Source: Lepidodermella squamata (Eukaryota; Animalia; Gastrotricha). From it: DNA of 64,000 nucleotides. The notes under the pieces were generated by a model. The model was not told where the DNA came from. It saw nothing but the letters and a program-made list of their open reading frames with translations, and did not search any database. The position numbers and the translations under genes were made by a program. Location: NCBI GenBank assembly GCA_047495785.1, contig JBLDXI010000081.1:35582-99581 (forward strand). The letters are read 5' to 3'. How positions within the stretch are numbered: position 1 is the first letter of the stretch; each line of letters starts with the position of its first letter. Of the stretch, positions 49,480-63,702 are shown in pieces.

Positions 49480-49900
49480 TTTGATGCTGGTAGGAGTCTC
49501 GAGTGTTGCATTATTTTAATCTTGAACTTCTAGATATAACCGCTAATAACGGTCCGCTAGGGTTGTAACATCTCTGGGCCTCTCAGTCCAGGATCGAATG
49601 GATGATGGAAAATATGTAAGGCAACATCTAAACTTGAAATGCTTCTGGCTTCTGCTGTTTGTGAGCTGGCGTGATTCAACGAAAGGTGAGTGTGGATGAG
49701 GTGGCGCTGCTTGAGCACTCTGAATTAAGCTGGCACATTTAAGGTGACTAATGACTAGTAAGAATCCGACTTTACGCCTTTCATTTCAAGTCAACTGAAC
49801 TTTCTTTAGTTCTTTCATCAGTTTGAGTCATTAGCCAGATTATTTCCGAGTTACTTATTTGGTAGCGCCAACGATATCCATCCAAACTCACACTAGCTAA
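49480..49900 (-). mobile_element. Highly degenerate LINE 3' remnant
   Basis: Minus-strand reading HFKF...YFPSSIRSW resembles the FFPR.I..WN.LP tail of CR1/L2-group ORF2; many stops. Confidence 0.35.
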
Positions 49901-51083
49901 TCACGAGCAAAATAACTAACGCTTGAAGCCGGCAACAGAATGAAGAATGGGATGTTATGAACAAAACTTGTTAAGAGATGCCATGATAAATTTGTTTCAT
50001 TTTGATTTCCGCCTTGCTTTGAAATGTATGATGATTATTTACGAAATTCAGTCGTGAGGTTAAATTGCGTTAATATCTCATGTATGTTTAGAGTAATAAT
50101 TTACATTTTTTTCTTAGAATTAATCGATCAAACTTCAAATGGCTAGTCAAAAGGAGAATACGATGCGACTGATACGATCTATGCCTTGAGCAGTCGGCTC
50201 TTCAGGCGCTTGACTCGCGGCAGACTAAATCAAAGCAAGAGAAACCAAACCGAAGATACTGGGTGTGTTATTCAGCCACGACCACAAATGGTACTTTTAA
50301 TGTTGAATTTCTTAAAAAATTGGAAAAAATATAATTATTTTCAAGGGATCGGAATACGAAGAAGATAAATACGAAAATAATATCGTGGATCTATGAGCTA
50401 AAGTAAAATGGTCGAATCCAGGAGCGTGGTATGTTAGAATTTCAACTGTTGTCCAGCCGCAATAATTTTATTCCGATTATTTTCTCAGGTGGTCTGAGAT
50501 TTTTGAGACCAGTTTTGGTATCGATTTCGAATATGTCGGATCTGTTGGCGCAAGAGAAATACCGTCTATAATCAAGCTAATATTTAACGTTGTCTTTGTT
50601 TCAATGTCGCGGTTAAACTGTTATTGAATTTCTAAATAATTTTTCGGGGTAAACATGCCAATAAAATGTGGAAACCAAAAGTGTAATTTTTCCGTGAAAA
50701 TCTGTTTAAATCCATCTTAAGTATCGATTGAGTGGCCGTGGCTGATGGCAGATGATGACGACTGCTCTATATCTGTCAGGTTTTCATTCAGGCAGAGCTC
50801 GAAGCAGAAGCTAAAAAATGGCGAAAATATTTCATAACCACCAGTAAAAGAACCCGGCCTTGGGACCGGTTCCGGGTAAAAACCGCGGAAGGCCTTTACA
50901 ATGCTAGCATTGCCCTCAGGATTGTATACACCTATTGCCGCAAATGAGCCGCAAATATTGCGAATATTCTCAAGCCCGCTATCGAAGGCGAAACTGTTTG
51001 AGCGAAAAAGAAAGCCAGCAAAGAAATGATAATTTTTCGCATATTTCGTCCCCGCCGAAATTTTAAACTGAGCAGGACAACTA

Positions 51084-51457
51084 CAGCGTGTCCCATAAGT
51101 AACGCATGCAAAGAAAATACACGGTTCAGAACATTTAAAATGAGAGGCGAAGTCACACCTCGTGGCCAGAAAATTTGTAGAAAAATTCAAAATATCACAC
51201 GAAAGCAAGTATGCGTCACTTTAAATGGGATTAAAAATTCCGGAGAAATTGGTCCAACCCGGTAAAATACCGAAAATTACCGAACCAGTTACCATCGGGG
51301 TTTTCCGGGATTTCTCCAATAAATCTTTTATTTTATCGCGGTTAAATCGCCGATAAAAGATGGAAATTCTCTCGGTAGGTTTAATTTAATAAAATTAATT
51401 AATTTCCTATTAAAAGTTGCTAAATTAAAAAATAGTTGCGCAAATTCTGGGACACTA
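51084..51457. mobile_element. Degenerate Tc1-like MITE
   Basis: TA|CAGCGTGTCCCA ... TGGGACACTA|TA imperfect TIRs. Confidence 0.4.
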
Positions 51458-54400
51458 TATTTATCCACCTTAATATCGATTTTGTCTCCATGAAACGATA
51501 TTTTCATGCTTTCCGATAATGTTAATATGGCTAATACAGGTTTTTTTTAATTTCAAATCGGCCGCCTCAGGGCGGAAAAATGAGCCGCAAGATGAGACAT
51601 GCGCTGAGCTTAAAATTAGGTAAAAAAACAGGGATTGGTCGAGGGTCGAGACACCTCACGCTGTGTCCATAATATTAGCCATGGAGGTACAGCCATTGGC
51701 CGTGGCCCGTAATTTTGGGTTGGCGGAGTCTGGTAATAATGAGCCAAGCGGCGCCCGCCGTTGCCGGTCGAAATTAATTTCAAGATGAATCAGAAAATAT
51801 TATTCTTCTGGCTGTAGATAATAGTCAAAAAAGCCGAAATAGCAAAAACAAAATCGGAAGCATTTGCGTACCATACATAACCAGCTAACATTACCAGGAG
51901 CGCGTATACCAGGTACCAGGTAGGTACCATAATCGGCGGGGAGAAGAATCGGCTTTAGTCGCATTAAATGCAAAAAACTACCGCCGGTTTCAATGTTACT
52001 AAAATTAAAACGCTTTGAATTTTGTTGAATTTAGGGTTATTAAGTTTTTGAAAATTTAGGGAAAAATCGCATGGAACCGTGAAAAATGCAGCGTGGCATT
52101 GCGGGACTTTCCATAGATATATTAAAAAAGGAAAAAATCCATTGAAACTACCCACACGTCGGATGAAGGAATGCCTAATAAATGGTAAGAGCTGAGTTTT
52201 CACCTGAGTGGAAAGAAATTGAGGTTTTATGATACGTGTAGTCCCAGTCTTTAAATTTCGCGTCGAAAATCTCACTCAGAAAAAATCAGCACTGTTTGTG
52301 TGACAAGCTTATGGCATTTACTGTCTTTGAGTTTAATTTAAAAGCGATTAAGAGTCACGTGACTAGTGTGGCTGTGTTAATGACGCAACAATGAAGGCAG
52401 GCGCCCTTCTAAACGGAGGGCCGTGATTTTTTTTGGAATTCTCCTTAAATAGAGGTGATTTTCTCGGTCAGTTTGTAAAATTTTCGAATTTTGAACATAT
52501 CCTAAGATTCCTCTGCTCTTACATTATAATATCACTTAGGAATAGCTTTAGAATACATTTTACCATTAAAATGCAGGCTGAAATACCTGTAATATATGCC
52601 CATTTTGAGGATTGTTCTGGTTGCTTGTTGACCATTGTTTAGCGATTTTAAGCGATTTTAACCGGATTTTCGAGCGATATATTGTTGCTAGCAGTCGTGG
52701 CAATTAGATTGTCGAGAAAAAACGGATGCCGAAGCATTAAAACTGGCAGAAATTTACCTTTGACGTGAGTGAAAAAGCAATAAAAACTGCCTTTTTCACG
52801 CACAAATTTTCAATCTGTGCGCTGCCCATGTGTTTTTTTAAATAATCGATGAGTGAGAATTTTGCACAATGCTTTTTTGCGAGAGAGTAATTTTGTGCAT
52901 GTGCGAAGCAAATTTTGACAATTTTTCAGATTTTAGATTTTAGAACATAGAATTTTGTTAGAAATGCCCAACTTTACAAAATTCATTCGCCTGGCAATTA
53001 ATATCCTGAAATCAAGGGTATAGATCTACATTCCGATAAATATTCCTAGGTAATTCAAACTATCTTCGGTTAATTCAAATTTTTATTTTTAATTTTTAAT
53101 TTATTGATTTCCGAATGATTTTTATGAAATTCCCCGGCAACTTGCATTTGCGTCCATCCGTTCGGTTTATGTTTTATCAATAATTTTTAACCTTTGAAGC
53201 TGTTCAGTATTGATTGCCAGCGACGCCAGAAATTTTAGATGGTTTATTCAATTATTATTATTTTTTATTGCACCGAATTTATCAGTTTCGTCTCTAATAT
53301 TCGTCTGACCCCATTGGTTATGGCATCTGGCTATGGCATATTAAGTCTAGATTTTGACAGCGTGACAATTCTTTACACTTGCCAATACCAGGAAGCTGAA
53401 AATTCCTGCGAATGACCGGAATGAATCAGTACAATTTTAACCATTATTTTATTTAGAACTATAAATTATTTGTATATTTTATCGCGGTTTTTGCGAAAAA
53501 TTTTCAACGGACATGTTAAATTGCTTCAGCCTCCGACAGTTGCATTGCTTCGGGGGTCCACGTAAAATTAATTGCCTTTCACGCTTGCAGCTGAAATTGT
53601 TACATGCTATTTTAAAAGAAATTTTTTTGAATTTTTTTCAAAATTTGCCATTTTTTCTACGTGGCTTTGCTGACGTTTTTGGTCTTCATGTCATAGCTCA
53701 TCCCATTTGATCCACGGATAATTTCTGCTGCCAGCCGCCGCAGCTGACCAGGTCATACGTTGAGGCCGTGACCTAATTATGCCGCCGTAAAAGGTGTAAT
53801 AATCCGCGCACTCGTTTTATTACTGCTGTTTTATTACTTGTCAGGTCATGATGTTTGTTTGTGTGTGCGTGTAGAAAGAACCGATTTTCCTCGTCGACCT
53901 CCTGCGCTATGCAATTTCAGCATCCGTAGATTTCCATTAAAATATTAAATATTTCGATAATTTTTGAGTTTTAATTTTTTTGTTGTTCTAGACCACCAGA
54001 TTAGCATTTAATTATTATTGTGTTATTCACTCCCGCCCGTGGCTGCCCCAATTTTCGGCATTATTTGTCCTTCATCGGTCACTGCTTGCCTGGCTGCTAA
54101 TACTTGGTACGTTTTACCTTCTGCTTCCACAGGATTGAGGTGGGGGGAAGAATCAAATCAAATCATTACCCATTTTGTTGTGAGACAGAATTTCCGAGCT
54201 ATCACTTTTTTCCCGGATTTTTCCCTGAAAATATTGAGGAATTTTTGCGACATGGGAATTTATTGATAACATCGAAATATAATTCGTGTCAAATTCGTAA
54301 TTTCTTCTGCTGCAATTATCGGTGCACCCGATGGAGCCCGTTTACTCGCGGGTAATTTCGCGATAGCTAAGGTGAACAGAATTTCATGTTTCGTTGGTTT

Positions 54401-56379
54401 TTCGATTTTTCCAATTTTTCATCTGTTATATTAGTACATTTATCAATTTAAGAAGTAGTCAGCCTAGTGAATAGCCATGATTGAACTGGTATCTGGAAAT
54501 TCGCCGGAGCGTTGTGTTGATCGCCGATGATCACCTGCATTTTGTTATTTTATTTCAATTTTCCGGTATTTTTTTATATTCCCGCAATTTTTTGTTCTCA
54601 GACCGCTCGCGTCCTTAATTTGTATAGCGTGCATGAAAATGTAAGTAATGGAGATCATTGTGGCTCGGAGATGACGCAAGATCAGATTGTTCTCGACTTA
54701 GTTTCATAAAACCCCTGTTACACAACAGAGGAAAGCGTTCCATATTAGCGATTTTATTCCTTCATTTCTGCATTATTTTCTATTTTCTATTAATTTCTCG
54801 AAATCGTTAGGCAGCTTTTGATGCAACGTCTCTACACTCACCTCTTTGCTGCAATGCAGTGCTGCAATGCGACTGCTACCTAATGCGGGTAACTTTTACC
54901 CACTCAGATGACCCACCTGAATGAATTATTTGTAGCTGCCGTTAATGCTGTTGCTCTAACCAGTCGCTCATCAACTTCGCCTCACCGCGACTACATGTCG
55001 GATTGCTCGGATTGAATTATTGGATAATTCCAACAATCGTGTTCAATCAAATTTCGGATTATTTTTGATATCAGTTCAGACTTGGCTTGCGTTAGAAATG
55101 AAATATTTGTGTGGCATGGTTAATAAAATATTGCCCCATCATTGGGCGTCCAAAGGCTTATGACTTTTAATTTTGCAACCAGCATTGATGATACTTGATT
55201 AATTGCTCGGAGCAGGTAAATTTAATTTGCGCATGATTTGGCTGATGGTAATCGAATCCGGAGGGACAGTATAGGCCACTAATTTTGAACGCCAACATTC
55301 CATAAATCACGGTCTAGCATTTCAAGATTCGCCCATAAAAAATTTTCGAATTTTGCAGCAAAGAATCTACGAGGGCAAAAATCTGAGAGCACATTTCAGT
55401 TGAGCTATTGTTTATAAAATTCAAGAGAATAAGCGCCACGTCTTGCTGTTTTTTGACCCAAAGTAGGAAAATCTCATTTGTTCCCGTCATGCTTCATCTA
55501 AGAAAAATTCTTATCAAATCCAGGTAATGCCTAGGAATATTCGCGAATAAATATTGAGACTTCCCGATTGGTTATCACCGTTTTAATCATAAAGAAAGAA
55601 ATGAGTTGAAAAAGCAGGAGTTTTTGTAACTCCATGGGTAATTCAGCTATAAAGTATTTAGTTTACATATCCTGGGATATATTTTTGCTAACCGGAATTA
55701 TTTCATTTTTTCTAACTTTTTTTTCATTTTTTTCATTTTTTATTAGATTCTTGAATCTGACGGTCCTTAATGTTTCATTCCTTCATCCGGCTGTTGTTAA
55801 GGCGCCGCGGTTTTCGTGCATCCGTCGCCTTGATGGAGTGATCATCAGTCCGAAAATCTGCTCCCCGAATCAAATATGCGTTCAAATTCCTGCTGAAAAA
55901 TTTCGAATCGAACGGCTGGTAGCCAGGAGGCGCTGGCTACAACACTGTGCATCTGTTAAACTCAACTTGTTGCAATCGCTTATCGCGTACTTTGACGGCA
56001 TCTCATTTTCGAAATAGCCTGCCGATCGAATGCTATTGTCCCGATGTTTTGTCAGATCGGTCGCTATTTCGCATCTCGTTATCGCTGGAAAGAAATGATT
56101 TCTTCTGGAATTCTCGAACTGATTCAGCTCAGAATGCAGTGATCACAAGCCGAATCACTCCTGGAACCATTCACAAAGGTTAGAAAAGTTGAAAATATTT
56201 TCTCCTATATCGGGAAATTTTATAAAAAATTCGATTCGGGTTTGTCGATGTCTAAGCGCGATTTCAGGGTGAGAAATTTTTGTAAACCTCTGCTGAGCAT
56301 GGTTTCGCATTTTTACCGAAAATAAATTCCAACACTGTGATAATGATTTTCCTAAAATTTGAAAAATGCGAAAAATATA

Positions 56380-56611
56380 CCGTAGAGCGGTACAATTTTG
56401 AACAAGTACAAAGTTGAACATTTTTTCAAAAGTACAATTTTGAACGAACGTTTGCATTGAAAATTTCGTTAATGTTCAAAATTGTACTTCACACTCACGA
56501 TAGTACAATTTTGAACACTTTCATTTTTTTCAATGCAAACGTTCGTTCAAAATTGTACTTTTGAAAAAATGTTCAAAGTTGTACCCTGTTCAAAATTGTA
56601 CCGCTCTACGG
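56380..56611. mobile_element. Near-palindromic 232-bp MITE (TA TSD)
   Basis: TA|CCGTAGAGCGGTACAATTTTGAACA...TGTTCAAAATTGTACCGCTCTACGG|TA with repeated GTACAATTTTGAAC units. Confidence 0.9.
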
Positions 56612-57004
56612 TAAATCAGTTTTTGATTTCTAATTTTTCTTTCTTGAAAGTTTCATTTTCTAGAAATTCACGATTTGATCCATAAGTACCCCAGTTGCTG
56701 CTCATCCCAAATAGTAGCCCAGGGTTGAGGGGTCAAGTCGGTTCGACGACATTACAAATTAACGATTCAACTGACATTTTATCGAAAATTTATGTTGAAA
56801 CTGAAGCGCAGTTTTCACCTAGCCTTACAGTGAAATATTGAAACGATTTTTTTCCGAAATCAGACAAAGTATCAAGAGTATCACTGTTTTTCCGGAGCCA
56901 TTTTTCAGCGTGAGATGCCCCCTCAAATTTAGAAATTTAGTAAAAATGTCTTGTTTTAGTTATTTTCCGAATTTTAGTTTAGTTTTTTCAACTGGCTTTA
57001 CAAT

Positions 57005-57194
57005 TAGCTGAACTCGCATCCTTTGAAAAAGATGAATAGCGCATGATTGTTGAAAATTATGAATTTTTCGGAAAAAGCAGAATCTTCAACTGTGGGGGTG
57101 GGTAAGGATCAATCTTCAATCTTTGCCTACCTTCGCCCTCTTCAAAACCGGAAACGGTATAAGGACGTACAGTCTAGGAGAGGCTAAATGAAAC

Positions 57195-57224
<30 letters not shown>
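57005..57224 (+). mobile_element. 3'-end fragment of the RTE-like LINE with (ATT)n tail
   Basis: Reverse-complement match to 62600-62790; ends in (TAT)n. Confidence 0.8.
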
Positions 57225-57227
<3 letters not shown>

Positions 57228-58761
57228 ACTGGTGAAATTGTTAGGAATGGCCAGGTGATTTTTGGCCCTAACATCGATGTCTGAGATTATTTAGTTAGCA
57301 ACGTTTCAGTCTAAAATTGTGGAGTATTGTTTTGGCAGTTGATGGAACAAATAAAACAAAATGAAGGAAAATGACCTAGTTATACTTCAATTTCTCATCG
57401 TGGATTTTTATTAGCTTTTGGTATGAAAAATCAAATTTCCTGAAAACGTTGTTCTATTTAACTTTTGGAAGCTGTTGCCATGGTTTATTTCGGAATGCAA
57501 AAAATTTCCTAATATTTGATCAGTTCCTTTATTATTCAAATTGCGGAAAAAATATCACCGTGTTCCTCCTGAAGATATCTATCTGATGACATTTGGTTTT
57601 TTATACTCTGGCCATTATCGCCAATCGACGGTTGGAATTTTGATTTTTTCGATTTTAAGCCTTCAAGAAATAGATAAATCAGCAGACGATCTAGCGCCCA
57701 TGTTCAGAATTGATGAACGCCGAAAATATAATCTAGCCTAAGAAGTTTCGATTTTAGTTTGATTTGAGGGATAATCAGGGCCGACAAAAATTTAATGAAA
57801 GACCAGTCATACCTTTGTGGCTGGTCCACAAAATCCGGACGAAATTCCGGTTTCTTTGCCAGAAAATTATGGACATTTTCGTATGAGTCTCGAACTTCTC
57901 AATTAGTATTAATTCACGAAACAGCCTATATCATTTTATATATAGCTGTTTTGTCTTATTTTCAGATGATTTTTCAATTATTCGAGTCGATTGAAAAGTG
58001 GGACATTCTCGCGCTCAGCACCTACCTGCGAGCGTGGCCTTCGCACCGTGCATCAATACGACTACGGCGAGCGTGACATAACAAAACCAATGTCGACAAC
58101 CACTGGCCCTTGCAACTCGAGAAAGACGAGAGCGTGTTATCCTAGTAACAAGGATTGCTCGGGTTGACGAGGGAACTGGCTCCGATGTCATGCGTCGAGA
58201 TCCAATCAGCATGTGCCATCCATGAATCGGTAAGAATTTCCTTATTCGTTTTTCATCTGATTGGCAAACTTATCAGATTCAGAGGTAGATCCGCACGGTA
58301 TATTCGTTCAGTGGAATTTTGCGCACGTATTATTTCCGCATGGAATAATGAGTGATGGGAATTTTGCGCGTAAATTCGTGCTAACGCCGGATGACTTGTC
58401 TAGGCGTTAAGGTCGCCCTGATCTAACGCTTAATTATGGCTATAATGTAGAGGAATTTTCCTAACGTCTCGTTAACGTGTAATAAATGCTTGGTTTTACG
58501 GTTGATAAGTCTTGGATGGGCTGAGTTTCAGGAATTATTTTGGCATTTTCCAAAAGCATTTCCAGGAATCTTTCGACTAAGGCTTGATAATTCTTGACTA
58601 TTCAAAAACCAGGTATTTTCTGCCGTTATTCACACATTTCCCCGTCAGACTAACGTTATGTCCGAAGGCATTTGCAGGCGTTAAAATAGATCCACCTTAA
58701 CGCGTTAGCTTGCTTAGAGTGGTGTTGCGATGATTAACAAACTATTTTTGTCTGTGATCTC

Positions 58762-59691
58762 CATAGAGCTATTTTTAAGATAGAGGTCCTACTCCTGACT
58801 TGTTTGAAAAGTAAACAAATCAGGCGATTTTTTTATTCCCGATGTCTAATTCATATGGTAATTTCCTTGACGAAAAATTTGGTGGTACCAGATAGCGCTT
58901 CAAATGGGGAACACTGCGATTATTTTTTCGAAATTTTCAGAGAAATTTAGAGCAGGTAAAGCAGAAATTTAGAGCAGGTAAAAACAATTATTTGATTTCG
59001 AATAAATGGAAATTAACTAATAATTAGATCGAAAATCGAAATTGAAGCATGTTTCGAATTTAGTGGGTTATATCCTGATCACACTCTATTTTGATGCTTG
59101 GGGCGAGCTTGGACGATTTTTTTCTGATTTTCTATAATTTTATAAATTATTCTGCTTGGATTTACATTATAAAAATCGAGATTGCCCGTTGGATTCAATC
59201 CAGAATCTTTCTTGACAGCTTGTGCGCCACGTGTGGCTGAGTTGAGTCCGGAGCTGGAACGGAGTTCGAATGCAGTGAAAAGCCATTCATTCAACTAATA
59301 AAAAAATTCCAGAAAATCAGGAAAAATTCGTCCAAGCTCTCTAAGCACTGAAATGTGGAGCTTGATCAGAACTACCTGGTCCGTTAGAAATACGCTTAAA
59401 TTTCGCAGCTGTCATGTTTTATTATTGATTAATTTCCTTTTTATGCGATTTTTCCCATTTCAAAAAATATTTAAATTTCGGAAAAATAATCAATGTGCTC
59501 GTCGTTTCAAGAGCCATCTCGAACCGCCGGGTATGATTGATTGTAATCAATCGTTTACGAATAACGAGCGATCGAAACTCACCTGATTTGTTTACTTTTC
59601 CAACCACTCGACGCTGATTCATCCATCCGGCGCCCATGGCGTTTACAGGCTTAGTCAGGAGTAGGACCTCTATCTTAAAACTAGCTCTATG
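58762..59691. mobile_element. MITE with CATAG termini and 8-bp TSD (P-element/hAT-like), second family
   Basis: TIR CATAGAGCTATTTTTAAGATAGAGGTCCTACTCCTGACT and its reverse complement; TSD GTGATCTC (58754-58761, 59692-59699). Confidence 0.9.
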
Positions 59692-62593
59692 GTGATCTCT
59701 CGTGCGAAAAAATCCTCTCTACAATAAAAGTTGTGCGGAACATTCCGCTTAAATAATATTTCAGATATAAATTTAAAATTGTGGCTTCACGCGGAAAATG
59801 CCACTCAATTTGAAAAAATTCCACTCAATTTGCGAGAAAAATATGGAACTTTTCGTATGCATCTCGAATCTCGAACTTCGGACTTCTCGACTAAAATTCC
59901 ATCATGAAAAATCCCACGTAATTAAACCTATTTTCTCTTATTTTCAGATGCCGCATTTCAATTTTCCGAGTCGATTGAAAAGTGTTACATTCTCGCGCGC
60001 AACACAGTGAACTGCGAACGTTGCCTCCACAGAATGCGCCAGCACGACTACGGCGAGCGTGACAACAGCACCAGGGTCGCCAACCACCGGCGCCACCACC
60101 GGCCCAAGTAACCCATGAAAGAGGATCGCGTGTTATTCGGGTAGCAGGAATGTTAATTGAATGACTGGTTGACGAGGGCGCTGGCTCTATCATACGTCGA
60201 GATCTAGTCAACATGCCTCATCGATGAATTGGTAAGAATTTGCTTAAATTTACCTGATGGGCAAAATTAGCAGCCGATTACCTTTTTAATTATCATTTAT
60301 CATCGAAAAAAATGTGCTAGATCTTTGAGTTACCATTTGCATCGAAAACACTCATAATTTTTTAATGGTCTAATTTCAGCGGCATGCATGCCCGAAATTT
60401 CAGAATTTATTCCTTGATAGCTTTAATGAAAGTTTAGCGAAAATTCAGCTATTTATTATTAAAATTCCAGGGTTACGGGCGTTTCTCCGATTGATTTCCG
60501 AAATTTGTGTATAGATCACCGAAGGTCGCCCAGAAATTTTTTACAGGAACAATCCGATGAAACCAGATTAAGTTGATTGAAAAACCATAGACGTAATTTC
60601 CGATTAATTCCGATCGAGTTTTAGTCGCGGTTTCCTCAGTTGTCTTGTTTGTTTCCCCGGTAAATCATTGAGAACAGGTACTGAAGGCTATTATGCGTCA
60701 GTATTAGGAAAATGAGTTTATTCCGAATTTATCAATTGAGAAAAATCGCCGGTAGAGGTATGGCATGCCGCTGTCTTTGCTATGAATTTTTCAAATTTTT
60801 CCACCAGTCCAAAAAATTAATCTAACCCGTCAAAAATCAAATATTCTGTGAACGAAGGCTTCTCATTTCGCTGGCTGTGGTACCCCTTTTTCAAGTTTTT
60901 TTCAAGTTTACCGCCCTCTCAATAAAATAGACCGGGTCCAAAATCAGGAAAATTCGTGAATAAAGACATCCTCATTCGATCCTCTCGCTATCAATTTTTC
61001 ACTTTTTTCCGCCCGCTCAGAAATATAAATATGAACTTCAAATAATCGGGAATAATTTACGGATTTTATGCTCACCTTTTTGCGGTCAATTTTCCCCTAA
61101 TAATATGTTTTCAGTGTTAAATGCCAACTTTCTGAACGCCTTGAAATCGAATTGTATTGTTATGAATTGAGACCGACTATTTTGGACACCCTAAACTCCA
61201 TTTTTCCCTATGTTACTCAGGATAAATAACCCGCGATTATTCTAAATAGTTTTCTGATATTTAGCAATTCGGAATTGTTGTAATTTTTATCCTAAATAAC
61301 CGGCCGTGCTAAATAGCGAACTTTTTTTTATAGTGAAGCTTTTTCCCGGTTTTCCCTGGTAAATTTTGTTATTTCTTCGGTGAAATTACGGATCAAGGAC
61401 GTGGCTGGGGGTTAATGAGAGGTCGAATAATTTAGAAAAATGTTCACATTTCCTGCGAAACTTTGAAATATTAGAAAGCTACCAACTTCGCTATGAAAAA
61501 AGCCGTGAAGAGCTGCATACCTTAATTAGATCTTAGATGAAATCGAACTATTTTTTTCCGCTCGCTGTTTTTTTTTAATAAGACATGAGTTCAGATGCCA
61601 TCTAAGGTAGATTTTATACAATTTGAAGACCTAATGTTAGCCTTGGAGCATCGATACTCTGTCTACAATCACTTTAAATTAAGAACTTTCTGTGTTGATT
61701 TTTCCAATTTATTGTTTTTCATCGTTCTTTATAGATGGCGGGTCGCTATCCGACGCCGTTGAAAATTGGGACTTGTCCACCTCAACATCGTTGCCATCTA
61801 GAGTGGGCACAAATCGGCGAAGTGGGCACAAATCGCAGTGTGGCCTAGCAACGCAAAAGCGGAAGCAGGCCCCTATGTCCGCAAGTTTTCTGCTCAGCCG
61901 GATTTGAAATCGAATGGCGACACGATCAAGATTCTGGCTGTGATATCAGACGCCAATTTTCGTCGGCATCGATCAATGACCCATCGGTAATTATTTCCTC
62001 TGTTTTTTTCAGGCTTCTTGAATTTGAAAATTTTCATTTTGAATTTTCAAAAATTGCAAATTTGAAACAAATCGGTATTTCATTTTGTCATCGCTCGGTC
62101 GTTTTTAGGACACATTTCGAGAAAGGTGATCACTAATAATTAGCCTTAGAATTAGAATAATTGGAAGGTTTCGAGAATTTTTCCTTTAGAATTTTAGAAT
62201 CATATAGGCATGGCGTTAAACACCTTTTCCCGTGAGTAGACAGTCTATACTAATATTATGTCGTATGTAAAGAATTGATGAACGTCGAAAAATAATCTAG
62301 CCGCAATTAAATAATTCAGACCCATGAATATTTTTTTCCCGGGTAGATTGGCTTGATCGGTTTACTTTCATTGGCACAAGTTCCCTAAAAATTGATATTC
62401 CCATTCAAGTGATGAATTATGACTGACAAAAATTGAATGAAAGACTGATCATAATTTTTCGGCTAACATGAGAGGTCTCAAATTTTACAATGTCCACAAC
62501 GTTGAACGAAATTCCGGCTTCTTTGCGAGATATTTATGAAAATTTTCGTATGGGCCTCCACCTTCTCATTACATCGCGAAAAAGCCAAGTCAT

Positions 62594-63702
62594 AATAATA
62601 TAATAATAATAATGTTTTTATTTATCCTCTTCGGGACTGAGCGTCGTGTACCGTTTCCGGTTTTGAAGAGGGCGAAGGCAGGCGAAGAATGATCCTCACC
62701 CACCCCCACAGTCGAGGATTCTGCTTTTTGTATAGAATTCGTAATTTTCAATCGAGTTAACAACCATGCGCCATTCATCTTTTTCAAAAGAAACCGATTC
62801 CGCTAGTTGGACATCGGGAATAATTTTGATCTCAAAATCCTTTTCGCCGGGATTTTTTCTGTTTTCTCGTTTCTTGGTGGCTTTATTTTTCTTATCCTTG
62901 ACCTTATTGTTCTTATTGGTTTTCTTTTTCCGGCGAATTTCCTTAGTAAGACCTACTTTAATTAAGCTTCTATGCACTCCGTTGATCCATCTGGTTCGAG
63001 GTCTACCTCTGGGTGCAAACCACCCAAGCGGAGGCGTCCAAATATATATTTTGTGTATTAGTCCTTCTACGTCATAGTCACGTGACCTAATTATGTGCCC
63101 TAGATATCTTAGCCTTTGTTTTTCAACAATGCGGCTCACTTCAATGAGACCTCCGCATAACGCAAGTCGAATGTCTATATTTGGAATATAGTCCATTAGG
63201 TGGACACCTACTATAGATCGAAGCCATCGATATTCTATAGTGTTTAGTCTATTTTCTTGGGCTATCGATATGTTCCACGATTCGCAGGCGTAAATGATGG
63301 TAGGTATTATAACACATGTCAGTACCTTAAGTTTTGTAACTATGGAAACCTGACTTTTGTTGCACATGAATTTATTCATGGCGCCGAAAACACTGCCTGC
63401 CTTAGAAATTCTGTAGTTTAGTTAATTTTGGCATTTTGATTTCTCACCTTTATTTTTATAAATTGGGGTAATTATAGCCGTTGACCATTCTTCTGGGACC
63501 CTCTTATCTATCCAAGCTCGATTCAAAATTTCCCTGAGCCATTCAATATTGGCCTCGCTCAGAGCTTTGATCATTTCGGGTCTTACTTCATCTATACCCG
63601 GGGCTTTACCGTTTTTCATGTGGTCGATGGCATTTTTAATTTCGGTGAGAGTAATTTCCGTTAAATTTGGATTTTTATCTAATAGAATTTCATCGTCGGG
63701 GG
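62594..63702 (-). mobile_element. RTE-clade non-LTR retrotransposon, 5'-truncated and internally deleted, 13-bp TSD
   Basis: GKAPGIDEV..EMIK, VPEEW.TAIITPIYKNKG..CQN and C-terminal YACESW, RLRYLGHI, RGRPRTRW motifs; (ATT)n tail; TSD AAAGCCAAGTCAT at 62581-62593 and 63703-63715. Confidence 0.92.

Noticed and set aside
50118-50580. Three exon-like segments on the plus strand
   Set aside because: In-frame stops and no recognisable protein; cannot support a gene call.
50600-57000. Short ORFs in the ORF track
   Set aside because: AT-rich, motif-free and no splice-consistent model.
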